DNA of 35,953 nucleotides from Octopus bimaculoides (GCF_001194135.2 NC_068999.1:374236-410188), one strand, 5' to 3'; positions 1 to 12,125 are shown, numbered from the stretch's first letter. The notes: generated from the letters alone by a model not told the origin. A program made the numbers and translations.

Positions 1-61
<61 letters not shown>

Positions 62-102
62 GTATATATATATATGTATATATATATGTATATATATATA
101 TA
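1..102. repeat. (TA)n microsatellite with TG interruptions
   Basis: Directly visible. Confidence 0.98.
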
Positions 103-104
103 CA

Positions 105-447
105 TGGAGGTGATTAGGGCAGCGGACTCGTGGTCACAGGATCGCGGTTGTAAGTGTTTATTGAGCGAAGACACCTAAATCTTCACGAGGCTCCGGCAGG
201 GGGCGGTGGCGAACCCTGCTGTATTCTTTCACCACAACTTTCTCACTCTTACTTCCTGTTTTTGTTGTGCTTGTAATTCAAAGGACCATCCTTGTCACAC
301 TCTGTGTCACGCTGAATCTCCCCTAGAACCACGTTAAGGGTACATGTGTCTGTGGAGTGCTCAGCCACTTGCACGTTAATTTCACGAACAGGCTGCTCCG
401 TTCATCGGATCACCTGGAACCCTCGTCGTCGTAACCGACGGAGTGCC
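105..447 (+). mobile_element. tRNA-derived SINE (family A), head partly deleted
   Basis: tRNA-like head remnant (ggtgattagggcagcggactcgtggtcacaggatcgcggtt), body gtttattgagcgaagacacc and 3' end ggaaccctcgtcgtcgtaaccgacggagtgcc, recognised from memory as a common octopus SINE; not database-confirmed. Confidence 0.65.
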
Positions 448-504
448 TCGATATAGACATATTGTTTAATATAAATAGTGTATAGTTATGACCTACTAAT
501 GTAG

Positions 505-680
505 TTTCATACATTGAAGATATTTTCTAGGTATCTTTTAATAGCACGACTTGTATCTCCAAGCAATTTTGCATGGCTTATAGAAGTTTCAAATCAGGAC
601 GATAGAAGACAAATCACGAGAATAAAACTAGAAGAAGAAGGTGGATGCAAAACGTGGAATGGTGAAAGAAACGAAAAGTC
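505..680 (+). repeat. Diverged dispersed repeat, copy 1 (homologous to 26715-26910)
   Basis: By-eye alignment shares actaat..gtttcata..ttgaa, cttttaa, ccaag.aat, aaatcag, aatcacgagaa, gaaggtg, aatggtgaaagaa in the same order. Confidence 0.65.
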
Positions 681-817
681 ATGTGAAGCCATAAATCTGG
701 TTGATAGTGAATCATCGGAAGGGGTCGAAAGTCTACAATACCGCTGCTCAAATCGGAGAGGATGGTGTACCCCATTTCATGTGCGTGTGTGTGTGTGTGT
801 GTGTATGGGAATCAACA

Positions 818-1092
818 CTGCCTAGTTGGTTAGGGTGTTGCACTCATGATCTAGCGATCGGGATTTCAATTCCGAGGCTGGGTGGTGCGTTGTGATGCTC
901 AGCAAAACACTTCATCTTGCGTTGCTCTGCGATCGCTGCGACACTTGATGCGTGGCACACCGTGGCACCTTTTCAGACACCATCGATTTGATGGAGAGAG
1001 TGAACTAATGTGTGGCACGAACACTATAAACAAAGCATTTGTGCATGTCGTTCGGCAAAAGCTGAACGCCCGTACGTCGTCTTCGACAAAAT
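818..1092 (+). mobile_element. tRNA-derived SINE (family B)
   Basis: A-box-like cctagttggttaggg, B-box-like gatttcaattcc, then gcgttgtgatgctcagcaaaacacttcat, matching the copy at 19090-19200. Confidence 0.75.
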
Positions 1093-1099
1093 TTCTCCA

Positions 1100-1356
1100 C
1101 TGCAAATGGTCCTGCTCTTTTCAATGTTATCCCGAAAGAAATTAAAAAAAAGATCCGACAAGTTTCAAATGGTACCTGGACTAATTCCTCCAGGAAATAT
1201 CGGATAAACCACCTGGCTACGTCTCAACCAACAACAATAACAACAACTCTGCTTGAGTGGTCCATGGTGTCCCGAAATAATTAACTAAAAGACTTTTCCA
1301 GGTGGCGCTATTGAGTTAGTTATGGCTTCGGTCGATAATGACCGAAGCCACTCTAA
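1100..1356 (+). mobile_element. 3' end of CR1-type LINE (ORF2 C-terminus plus 3' UTR hairpin)
   Basis: Translates across frameshifts as NGPALFNVIPKEIK / KDPTSFKWYLD*FLQEISDKPPGYVSTNNN..EW, resembling the CR1 ORF2 tail (FK..LD.FL..IPD.P..PGY); followed by the 11-bp stem tggcttcggtc/gaccgaagcca. Confidence 0.7.
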
Positions 1357-2715
1357 GTTATACACACACACACGCAAAACAAGAAATGTTATTTGTCTCT
1401 TATAGAAACAAAAGGGTTTACAGGACGGCAAAAGAATTGCTCAAATAGAAATGAGACGAAGATAAAGAAGCATTGGTTATAGAACAAATATTAACTATGG
1501 ATCAACAACTTTACATACAACCCCACCCCTCAAAAATTTAATCATATATAAAAAAAAACACCATGGTCTACAAACACATAAAAAAATAATACATATACAT
1601 AAAATCACAGAAGGTAAAAAAATATATTCTGATAAAATACAAATTGAACGGTTTATCAAAAGTTACATATAACGACTAAAAATTCAAAACTATGAAAAGC
1701 CTACCGGACAAATATAAAATAAAGATAAAATAAAATAAAATAAGTGTCCACCGACCAAAAAAGATTTTATCAGACGATTAAAATATTCTTTCTTTAAATT
1801 ATTAATTTTTTTTTTAATTATTAATTTTTTTTTTATAAAGAAATATTTGAAAATATTTTATAAAGAAATATTTGAAAAATGTCTTTTACTTACCTCATAC
1901 AAATACGTCTAGACTTCACAAGTAAACAGACTTCCACCGGTCAAATTCACATACATCTTGAAAAAAGTCTTTTATGTACTCCGTCCACACAAGTATATCC
2001 AAAAGTTCATAATAAGCAGGCTTCACAGGTCAAATACAACATTCACATATATCTCTGGCCATTTCGGGAGCTCACCACCGCAGTTCACAGGATAAACATG
2101 AAACATGCACAGATTAAAATTTTTAAGAAAATCTTTACATCTCTTAATGAAAAGCTTATATAATTTAAGAAGAATCCATCAGCGGACCAGTCCAAATTTT
2201 CTATAGAAATAAAAAAAAAAAACATTTGCTAAACACTCAGATAGTTGTAGTTAACTGAAATTTAACGTCGCCGGTTTCAATTCCCCACAACGCTAAACAA
2301 TTTTATTACATTTATTTTTATTTCTATATACTTTCAAAAAGGTGGACGAAAACCGATGGTTGCAAAAAGGGATCACTTCAGTAAATCAATTTAAAGTTTT
2401 TGGCCCAAAAGACTTAAGGATTGCAAGGGATTTCTTTACACACAACACTTATTTATATTTACTCTGAAGTAAGGGGCTCTCGAAATAACGGACCATTCCA
2501 GAGAATAACTCTTGTTCTTCTTTAGATTGTGTAAATAAGATGCGAGTGTGGTAGAGCTGCAGTATTTTTCCTTTGAGACTGAGCTCATGTGGACCCTATA
2601 TCTAGCCTATATCTAGCCTTAAAATTTACTGTACTACCTATATAAAACTTATTTAAATTATCCTCATCTTTAATAACGCGTTTATATACTGCATTAGTAA
2701 TTAGACAAAACCCGT

Positions 2716-3553
2716 CAAGGTGTGATAGATAAATTGTCGCCATTTTATACTTTCAATTACGCGCATGCGCTTTGCCTGTTTTCGATTTCGCCGGCTACAC
2801 AGTTTAGTAGGGTCAGTTGGGCACCGTCTGTGAGAAAAACAACACTATGACGCAATTGACACTGGCAAAAATTTGGAAACGACATGCTGTATGGCTTGGC
2901 ATTCGTGCCGGAAGCTCCAATACAAACATGTACCGAGAGTGATAAAAACCAAACATCCAGTGAACATCATGGTGTTTGGAGTGATCACTAGTGAAAGCAA
3001 CGTTAGGCCTCCATTCATATTCTCGCATGGCCTCACACCCAATACGGAGGCCTGCATCAAATGCCTGGAGGAGATAGTGTTGCCGTGTGTCAAGAGGGTG
3101 GCTGCTGGAAGACCCTATGTCTGGCAACAGGACTCTGCACCGTACCACACAAACAGGAGTACCCAGGCATGGCTCTCAGACAATTTCTGCGACCACATTA
3201 CCCCTAACATCTGGCCACCTGATTCTCCACACTGAAACCTCTTGATTACAATGTGTGGGGCACAATTGAGCGATAGAGCAAGAAAACTCCTTGTAACACC
3301 AAAGATTAACTAAAGGCAAGGATTATGGCAGTATTCACGAACTTAAACAAGGAGACCGTCCAGAAGAGCTGCAGGAGATTCCGAAGTCGTTTGGACGCCG
3401 TGGTTGACACCAATGGCGATTTTATGGAATAAATTTACTCTTTAGCATTTCAAGATATTTGTTATGAAACTTTGTTAAATATATCTGTGAAAACGAGACG
3501 TTAGTGTTTTCATTTTTGCATAATTTAGACAACAATGTATTCATCGCACCCTG
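2716..3553 (+). mobile_element. Internally deleted Tc1/mariner-superfamily transposon, DD37D (maT) type
   Basis: Left TIR caaggtgtgatagataaattgtcgcc (2716) matches the reverse complement of the right end (...gacaacaatgtattcatcgcaccctg, 3553) at 19/26; TA follows the right end. The transposase remnant has 37 residues between the QQD and NPLD aspartates. Confidence 0.85.
2847..3430 (+). pseudogene. Disrupted DD37D transposase (short N-terminus fused out of frame to catalytic C-half)
   Basis: KHPVNIMVFGVITSE..VWQQDSAPYHT..WPPDSPH*NPLDYNVWGTIER*..CRRFRSRLDAVVDTNGDFME*; several in-frame stops and no first catalytic D block. Confidence 0.88.
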
Positions 3554-3568
3554 TATATATATATATAT

Positions 3569-3664
3569 NNNNNNNNNNNNNNNNNNNNNNNNNNNNNNNN
3601 NNNNNNNNNNNNNNNNNNNNNNNNNNNNNNNNNNNNNNNNNNNNNNNNNNNNNNNNNNNNNNNN
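3569..3664. other. Assembly gap (other gaps: 7626-7676, 11290-11702, 13338-13347, 28785-28794, 29879-29888)
   Basis: N runs, each adjacent to a simple repeat. Confidence 0.99.
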
Positions 3665-4040
3665 TATATATGTATATTCTGTTATAATGTATTCGTTCTG
3701 TTGCGAATGAAACGTGGAGTTTCTAATATAGTTGGACACTCGGCGGGAAAGGACTTTGGAAGAACGTTGGATGGAAATAATCGGTCATGTCGAACCACCA
3801 GCAGCGGCATCTGTAGCGGTGATGGTGGTGGTTGTGGTGGTGGTGGTAGGATTAGTAGTAGTAGTATACTGTTACTTCATCTCCATTGCCACGGAAATAA
3901 AATATGAAAATAAGGTAAACAGATACACATATATACACCCTAAGATCCAACACACAGACACGCATGCATATATACGATCAAACGTTCAAACATACATACA
4001 CACACACACACATGTACCTCTGTGTATATCTAAGTATACA

Positions 4041-4043
<3 letters not shown>

Positions 4044-4104
<61 letters not shown>

Positions 4105-4190
4105 CAGTCAGACTCACACACTCTCTCGCACACACAGGCGCACATACATAGACACACACGCACGCACGCACGCACGCACGCATACGTATA
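4044..4190. repeat. (TA)n, (CA)n, (GCAC)n compound microsatellite
   Basis: Directly visible. Confidence 0.95.
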
Positions 4191-4594
4191 GAAAGACCAT
4201 CAGACAATCTCTTCTTACGCTTATAACGACTATCAATGAACCATCGTCTTCATGTGATCGTTTCATTTCTTGCAAATATTTTCATCCATGCTTGTTTTAG
4301 ACACATCGATGATGTATTGAAAGATGATTGATATTTAATAAGTCATTGATATCTAATTTTGTATTTCGGTTCAGCTGTAGTAGTGGTATAGGGCTAGATT
4401 TTAGACAAATTGCCAATATCTGCCTTCGGTATTGAATGGAACCGAAGAAGTAAACAGAGAGGTTTGGTTAGCAGCACGAGTGTCAAAACTTATCCATCAG
4501 CGCACCAAGATCGTCTTCCAAAGCTCTCATGCACACATACATACAAAAACATAAATATGTACGCATGCACATGCATATGAACATACGCACACAC

Positions 4595-4760
<166 letters not shown>

Positions 4761-5477
4761 TGTACAGAAATCAGGTGATAGTGAGAAAAGTGAGGGAGAG
4801 AAACAGAGAGTGGATGAAAGGAATACAAATATGGAGTTTGTAAAAGGGAATATACGTTCAAGATATCAATCAAGACATTACAATCTCTTACGTGACCAAA
4901 TGACAGATCTTTCAGACAATCAGTTATGTCAGCCATGCCATCGCATTCTGTTTGTATAAGGAATACTCACCAACGTTAAAATCAAGGTTTGGCTTTAACT
5001 TGTCAAAGATATCTCATAACCCAGTACAGTTTACATCATAGTCGTTTGGCCAATGCTTAAACCGGACACTTCAACCATTTTACTGAGAAACTGGGTGTGG
5101 GTGACTCAGGAAAAAAAAAGCATTCAAAGCATTTGAAAGGATGGAAGAGCCTCTGACGAGAAAGCTGGCTGTCAAGAAATAAATGAAGTTATATTTACCC
5201 TGAAATTAATTTCCTATTGAAATTAGGGCCTCTTCGAGTTGCAGATGCCGGACGGATGAAAGAAAAAAGTATTAAATGATTTTGATCAGACTTCATTTCT
5301 ATTGTTCATTTCTCCTCATTCATAGCAAGGTCAACAGCTTCATTAAGCTTAATTTTACACCTGTTCAGACCATCACGAAAGCTTCAAGTATGTCTCTCAT
5401 GATTCCCTTCCAACAGAATAATGAGCTACAGGTTAGTTTATCCAAAAGAATATCTCCTGGGTATATTTAATTTATTT

Positions 5478-5815
5478 TGTTCCTGTTTCCATAAATTTCT
5501 TGTGCCATGCATGAATTGACAGACGTTGATGGTGGATGTCTTCCATATTTAATCCCGTAGTTTCTGCTGGTCCGATTTTGTTTCAATAAACCAAAATACA
5601 CATTGTGCCTTTTCTTGAGAGGTAGCCATATTTTAGGGTTTCATTTAACAGAACTTTTTCCATCAACAGGACACCTGAAAAACACAAATAATGCAATGTG
5701 GTTAAAACACTTTGATAACCACTGAGGACACAGAATCAATCTGATAAACATATCCCATCATTTGCACTTGTAATAAATTTTTGAAATTTTTGAAAGAGAC
5801 TTTATGGACTCCCTG
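5478..5815 (-). mobile_element. 5' remnant of Tc1/mariner-superfamily transposon (DUF4817-type HTH N-terminus, probably DD41D/rosa-like)
   Basis: Minus strand from ATG at 5629: MATSQEKAQCVFWFIETKS / QRNYGIKYGRHPPS / SIHAWHKKFMETGT with frameshifts; TIR-like end cagggagtccataaagtc at 5815. Subfamily assignment from memory. Confidence 0.7.
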
Positions 5816-6109
5816 CATAGTTTTATCGATTTCGAGTTGCAACATTAAAAATGATTAAATTCATATTTAAGTACTGTTAAATACGTGCTAGAAATTATAC
5901 TGTGGCTAAGTAATTCGCTTTGCACCTGTCCGCTTCCAGTTTTATTTCACCTGTCTGACACCTCGGATGTGTATTTTTTAACATAAAAATGCATGGAAAC
6001 AATTCGTTGTGTGTACCATTTAATAGAAAGAATCTTAATGTCTGTACCTCTCCCCCACTATATCTCTTGGTTCTCTGTGTGACCTTTTTGTAGATATGTA
6101 TGCAATCTT

Positions 6110-6482
6110 TTAGATGATCCAGTAACTAGACTACGGTCATTGGATTGCTCGGGCACCACCTTGAAGAATTTAGCCAAAGAAATCAATTCCAATGCTTCTG
6201 TATGTTTTTAAAAGTCTGCCACTTATCCTGTTACTCATTTTTGTCGAACGGCTAAGTTACGGGGGTCATAAAGTAACCAAGACAATTATCAAACGGGGGG
6301 AGGGGATGATAAACACAGACCCCCACACCCACACCCACACACACACACACAAATATTTATGATGTGCTTCCACATAGTTTCCGTCTCCAAATTCACTCAC
6401 GAAGTGGTCGCGCAACGGAACTGAATCCGAAACCACGTGTTTGCAAAGCGAGTTTCTTAACCACACAGCCACACCTGTGCCT
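6110..6482 (-). mobile_element. Diverged microsatellite-bearing SINE (family C)
   Basis: Reverse-complement matches to the 28556-29000 and 34880-35080 copies (gcaccaccttgaag, gaacggctaagttacgggg, tttccgtctccaaattcactcac, aaccacacagccac); central (CA)-rich tract. Confidence 0.75.
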
Positions 6483-6769
6483 GGAGTTGTTTAAGCGTTT
6501 AACACCTGCTGTGCGAACCATTCTCTCTCAGACAAACTGCCCCACCTGTACCAGCACCCCCGCCCCCACCGGCCCACATATTCCAAAATGCTGGAGACGG
6601 CAATTTAAGTGAGACATGTAATTTATCAAAATGTCTGTGACTTAATCCGATAAAGAAAAGAAATCTGACAGCTCACGCGTGCGCATACACACAAACACGC
6701 ACACACATAGGCACACGTATACACACACACGCACACGCATATAAATACTTGCCCATTAACCCTTTCACC

Positions 6770-6797
6770 CTCTCTCTGCTCAGTCTCTCTCTCTGCT

Positions 6798-6850
<53 letters not shown>

Positions 6851-6860
6851 CTCTCTCTAC
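6770..6860. repeat. (CT)n microsatellite
   Basis: Directly visible. Confidence 0.95.
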
Positions 6861-7189
6861 ATTTTACAATATTTTTCTCTATTGTTTCAATTTTTCTTTT
6901 ATTTGTTAGCCTCCAGCTTCCACACAAAGACGAAATATACAAGTCATACAACAGCGCACGCATACACACATAAACACGCTCTAAGTTGGGCAGCGAAGAC
7001 TGAATCAGTGATTCTGAACAGAGGAGGCTCCATTTGTAGTTATGTGGTCTCTTTATGACAACCATCTTGAAATGCGTTCAAATGCCACGGTTTTCTTCTT
7101 TGTCGTAGCAATGAACACAAGGAATTCAACGACATTCGATGATTTTTCCCGTTTTTACATAACGAACAGATTAGGTTCTATAGTAGTAT

Positions 7190-7235
7190 CCAAATGTGTG
7201 TGTGTGTATGTGCGTATATATACATTTATGTGTTC

Positions 7236-7282
<47 letters not shown>

Positions 7283-7480
7283 TACTGTTATACACTTATA
7301 CGGACTCACATATGAGTGTGTATATGTGTATATACAACATACACACACACGCATATATTTCATGCATACATATATATGACTATGCAGATATATGTGTGTG
7401 TGTGTGTGTATGAATCTTTACATATGCAAACATACACACATACATACGTAAAGATAGCACACACACACACACAAACAGGT
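7190..7480. repeat. Mosaic TA/TG/CA microsatellite block
   Basis: Directly visible. Confidence 0.9.
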
Positions 7481-8024
7481 ATACGTATATGCTTTTAACA
7501 AAACATAAAAATATAAAACTATACGTACGTTGCAAAGAAAGAAAGAAAACTTTAAAAACTAACTAAATAAAATATTCGAACTAAACAACTACACCACCAC
7601 CACCGCCTCCTCCTCCTCCTCCTCCNNNNNNNNNNNNNNNNNNNNNNNNNNNNNNNNNNNNNNNNNNNNNNNNNNNCTCCTCCTACTACTACAATAACAA
7701 CAACAACAGCAACAAGAAGAACAACAAAAATAATAACTGAAACATAAAAAAATGTTATCATTTGTTACTTATCTGCAGTGAAACTATTTGTAAATATGTA
7801 TTATAAATGAAAAGATTCCATTTCTAACAAAGAAATAAGTATTTTCACCATAGATTTCCAACTTGTTTTTCATATAATTTCCTTTTCATGTGTCGTATAA
7901 AAGTGATGCCGTTTTCTTTTTTTCTGTCTTTTCTACTCTTTCTTCTCTCTTCTCAGACGATTTATAATACAATTCTATTTGGTTCTACTTATCGATAAGG
8001 AGATAAGATTTCCAGAGAGAGAGG

Positions 8025-8099
8025 GGGGAGAAAGAGAGAGAGAGAAAGAGAAAGAGAGAGAAAGAGAGAATGAGACAGGGTGAGAAAAAAAGGAGTGAG

Positions 8100-8140
<41 letters not shown>
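8025..8140. repeat. GA-rich / (GA)n tract
   Basis: Directly visible. Confidence 0.9.
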
Positions 8141-8141
<1 letters not shown>

Positions 8142-9019
8142 AAGAGGGAAATATTTGCAAATCTTTCTTCTCTAACATTATTTGACTATTTTAGTCATAA
8201 AAGTGTTATTCACAGAGTTACTCCTGGAAGCAGAACGGATCGCACAAGATGCTTGGCTCCACAGGGTAGAGCAGGCAGAAGGACATCGAGCTGGATGTGG
8301 AAGCAGCGGTGGTTACCACGAGGTGGAATGTGGACCAGGAGCACCACCCTTCCATGAGTTAGTGCTACTGTTGCTGGTAGTGCTAGCTGGACTCAAGATG
8401 GGATTTGATCTCCTTTGGATGAGTCATCTGGTCTTTGTTGTCTGTTGAAAGACCCGAAGCACGTAAATATTCCAGGTGTTCATGTGCATCAATGTCTGTA
8501 TACATTGTAATTTATTTCAGCCTAAGTACTAGAAAAATTCCGCTAGTGTGTATAGGCAGCTGAAAGATCAAACACAGAGATTTCCCAGAACAATGTATTA
8601 AACATTTGATCAATTGTAGGTGTAAGAACAGAATATATCCCAGATGCACCAAAAGACCTGAAACCCCTGGATGGCATAATGACCAAAACAATTAAATCTG
8701 AGCTTAGTATACAACGATGACAGGCAAAGAGCTTGCACATATGGTTACTATCATAAGACGTAGAGAGAAAGCCACTTCAATAGACCTTGTTTTTACATGT
8801 ATACAAATTCAGTTGATGTCAAGCCCCATCTATCTTATAACCTTTATATTTAACTCATTCTCAACGTAGGACAGCTCAAGAAAAACTTGAGGTTATTGGT
8901 TCTTGAATACCCTTTACCATCCATCGTACTACACTGAATGCTTAAAGTCCACAGAATTTTGATTAAATTTACGGAGTGTTACAAAACAGCATAATGAAGA
9001 TTCGAGATGGAAAATGAAG

Positions 9020-9396
9020 ACTCACGAATAGTGTTGAAGGAAGGCAAAAACATAGATAGACACAACATTCTTAAGTACGAAATATCCCGATTATGGAAAA
9101 TGAAGAAGGTGAAGATAGTGTCAATTTTTGTTGTGTTCTTGGGAACAGTACCAGAGGGCATCAAGAGGAATATAAAGGAAATGGTAATAGAGTGCCCAGT
9201 AGAACTGTTACAAACGGCTTGCTTTCTTGGTACGGCCAGAATAATCAGGAAAGTATTACAGAGCAAAAAAAAATAGATACCATGGTACCGTAGGCTGCAG
9301 GTAGTTAGCCTGCTACGCATGTATGACTCTATGAGCTACAACAAAACCTGTGATAAGGAGAAGTAGCAATAATAATAATAATAATAATAATAATAA
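9020..9396 (+). mobile_element. 3' end of R4/Dong-clade non-LTR retrotransposon (restriction-like endonuclease C-terminus) with (AAT)n tail
   Basis: EDSRIVLKEGKNIDRHNILKYEISRLWKMKKVKIVSIFVVFLGTVP..LLQTACFLGTARIIRKVL matches the R4/Dong C-terminal pattern D.RI..KE.EK..KY..LK.EI.RLW.....VP.VIG.LG..P..LQK..LLGT..I.R..L; short 3' UTR then (AAT)n at ~9369-9396. Confidence 0.85.
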
Positions 9397-9729
9397 AGTA
9401 AATAAGGGAGACATATGAAATCTTCAGATTACAAAAATAAGTCGATCATCATCAATTCCATCGATTTTTATCCGCATTAGGTATTAGGAAAACATGCAAA
9501 AGACCCCCCCTCTCACTCCTTCCCTCCCTTCTTCTTTTTCTACTCTTTCTTCTCCTCCTCCTTGTCGCTTCTTCATTCTAATTTCATTCCTACAAGAAAA
9601 ATAACTGTAATAAAATATTGCGACTTTTACCTATATAGGAAAGAAATATAATTAGATTTTTGTCATATCTTCCAAACACCTTAGCAAACCAATACTTTGT
9701 CACGTTTGTGTGGAGGTGATTTATGACTC

Positions 9730-9827
9730 GTGTATATATATATATATATGTGTGTGTCTGTGTGTGTGTGTGTGTATGTATGTATGTACGTATGTAAATA
9801 TGTATATATAAACACACACATACATAC

Positions 9828-9886
<59 letters not shown>

Positions 9887-10060
9887 ATGTGGATTTACGA
9901 ATGAGAGAAAGCAATAAAAATAAAATGAAAGTATCGTCACGAACAACAACAACAACAACGACGACGACAATTACTGCAACAAAAACAACACCAACAACAG
10001 CAATAGCAGCAGCAGCAACAGCAGCAGCAGCACTAGCAACAATTGCAATCATAAAATCAC
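9730..10060. repeat. TA/TG/CA mosaic followed by AAC/GAC/AGC trinucleotide low-complexity tract
   Basis: Directly visible. Confidence 0.9.
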
Positions 10061-10249
10061 CAGCAACAACAATTTTGTCTACAGTAAGGTCAGTGCAAAA
10101 AGTCATAAAAATAATTCCGTCAACGTGTATGGCGTAAGTAAATTCCAGAACGAAGTCTTCAAGATTAGAACCATCTTCAGAAAGCGGAGACGAATAAAAT
10201 GGACCTGAGTTTGATAACCAGAGGAGAAAAATCAGTGAGTTTCAGAGTT

Positions 10250-10345
10250 CATTGGGTAGATTACCCGGATTGGTGGCAGGTTGACTCACTTACAGTTAAA
10301 TGAACTGGATGACCCTTGACTATCCCTAGAGGTCCTCCTAATACA
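10250..10345 (-). mobile_element. Possible old SINE body fragment
   Basis: Reverse complement cagttcatttaactgtaagtgagtcaacctg weakly resembles a conserved SINE central-domain motif (gtccactcagctgtaaatgagtacc). Confidence 0.25.
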
Positions 10346-10529
10346 GGAAGACCGCATCACTATCATCCTTCTTCCCTCTCTTGCTACGATATGCTTCCTT
10401 TCTTTTATTGTATATTTTCCTCTCTCTTTTGACTTAATAATTTCATTTTATGTAAACACCTACATTTTATGTTTGTCTCTGTATTGCCCACCTCATCCTT
10501 CGCCCTTGCGGCAAATAAAAAATCACCAT

Positions 10530-10562
<33 letters not shown>

Positions 10563-10985
10563 AACAATATTTTCATCATCATTATCATAATCATGTAACT
10601 CTTTTCCATTTCTTTGCGTTTCGCTTTGAAATACGACCAAGGTCAAACTGGATTTTCCTCACCAAAACAAAACGACACTAACAACATCAAAACCACAACC
10701 GACAGATCACGAGTACAAGCAGCACACCACCACCCCTGCCACCACATCATAGACCACAATAAACTCCGCCATATTAACCCCAATACAAGCATCATCAACA
10801 ACAATATTGTCACTGACGCCAACAGCAAGACGAACGCATCACAAACTCAAGACCATGACATAAGCATGTACGAAAAACACTACCAACAGCATCAACAACA
10901 TCAGTAACATCACCACAATGAACAACAACAAAAACATCACCTACATCACCATAAACAACAAATACAAACACAAACACCAGAGACA
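10530..10985. repeat. (CTA)n plus CAA/CAC/CAT-rich cryptic trinucleotide tract
   Basis: Directly visible. Confidence 0.85.
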
Positions 10986-11238
10986 AATGTTTTCGAAAAT
11001 GGCCGCGAGAAATTAGAAGAGTCCAAGAAAAACGCACGACAAACAAAAATGTACAAAGTCCACAAACATGTATACATGTATGCCTGTGGGTATATGTGTT
11101 TAAGTACACCTACCTACCTACCTGCTTATAAAGATATATATAGATACAGATGTATGTATATGTAGGGAAAATGCCATATTAAACATCCATCCATATGTAA
11201 GCATATATGTATGTATGCATGTATGTATACACACACAT

Positions 11239-11289
<51 letters not shown>

Positions 11290-12084
11290 NNNNNNNNNNN
11301 NNNNNNNNNNNNNNNNNNNNNNNNNNNNNNNNNNNNNNNNNNNNNNNNNNNNNNNNNNNNNNNNNNNNNNNNNNNNNNNNNNNNNNNNNNNNNNNNNNNN
11401 NNNNNNNNNNNNNNNNNNNNNNNNNNNNNNNNNNNNNNNNNNNNNNNNNNNNNNNNNNNNNNNNNNNNNNNNNNNNNNNNNNNNNNNNNNNNNNNNNNNN
11501 NNNNNNNNNNNNNNNNNNNNNNNNNNNNNNNNNNNNNNNNNNNNNNNNNNNNNNNNNNNNNNNNNNNNNNNNNNNNNNNNNNNNNNNNNNNNNNNNNNNN
11601 NNNNNNNNNNNNNNNNNNNNNNNNNNNNNNNNNNNNNNNNNNNNNNNNNNNNNNNNNNNNNNNNNNNNNNNNNNNNNNNNNNNNNNNNNNNNNNNNNNNN
11701 NNAAATAATTACATCTATAGTTATACAAATACATATAATGAATATTTATATATATAGGAAAATGCAGATGTACAAACAGACAAAAATAGTCCTCTCAATC
11801 GCACATATAAGAATATACATGTTTGTGTGTGTGTTTGTGTGTGTATGCGTGCGTGCGTGCGTGCATGGGTGTATGAAAGTATATTTGGTTTGAATGAAAA
11901 ATGGTTAGGAATGTATGGAGAGGTACTTTCGGTTAAGACGAGTTCTGTGGAGGCTAAGGTTGGTTAAAAGACGAAAACGGCGCCATAGAAATATGTGAAG
12001 ATAATGAAGATAAATGAAAAGGAGGTGGATACATACATAGATATATATATGCAAACATATATTTGATTGGGCTAATGTCTATAT

Positions 12085-12092
12085 GTAAATCG

Positions 12093-12125
<33 letters not shown>

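Noticed and set aside
514-825. 103-aa ORF
   Set aside because: Overlaps a diverged dispersed repeat and ends in a TG microsatellite; TTG start; no recognisable motif.
4960-5075. Minus-strand donor TTG/GTGAGT with peptide RFKHWPNDY..DIFDKLKPNLDFNV
   Set aside because: In-frame stop and no convincing acceptor; consensus donors are expected many times by chance in 36 kb (also at 1891 and 27918).
8522-8532. ctaagtactag matches the start of miR-252; tgagatc at ~23774 matches the bantam seed
   Set aside because: Matches do not extend over the mature sequence and I see no precursor hairpin.
9590-10137. Poly-T/A/V ORFs resembling mucin or antifreeze proteins
   Set aside because: Direct translation of microsatellites on both strands; no splice or codon evidence.
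11126-11893. ORFs of 165-228 aa
   Set aside because: They span the 413-bp N gap and TA repeats; artefacts.
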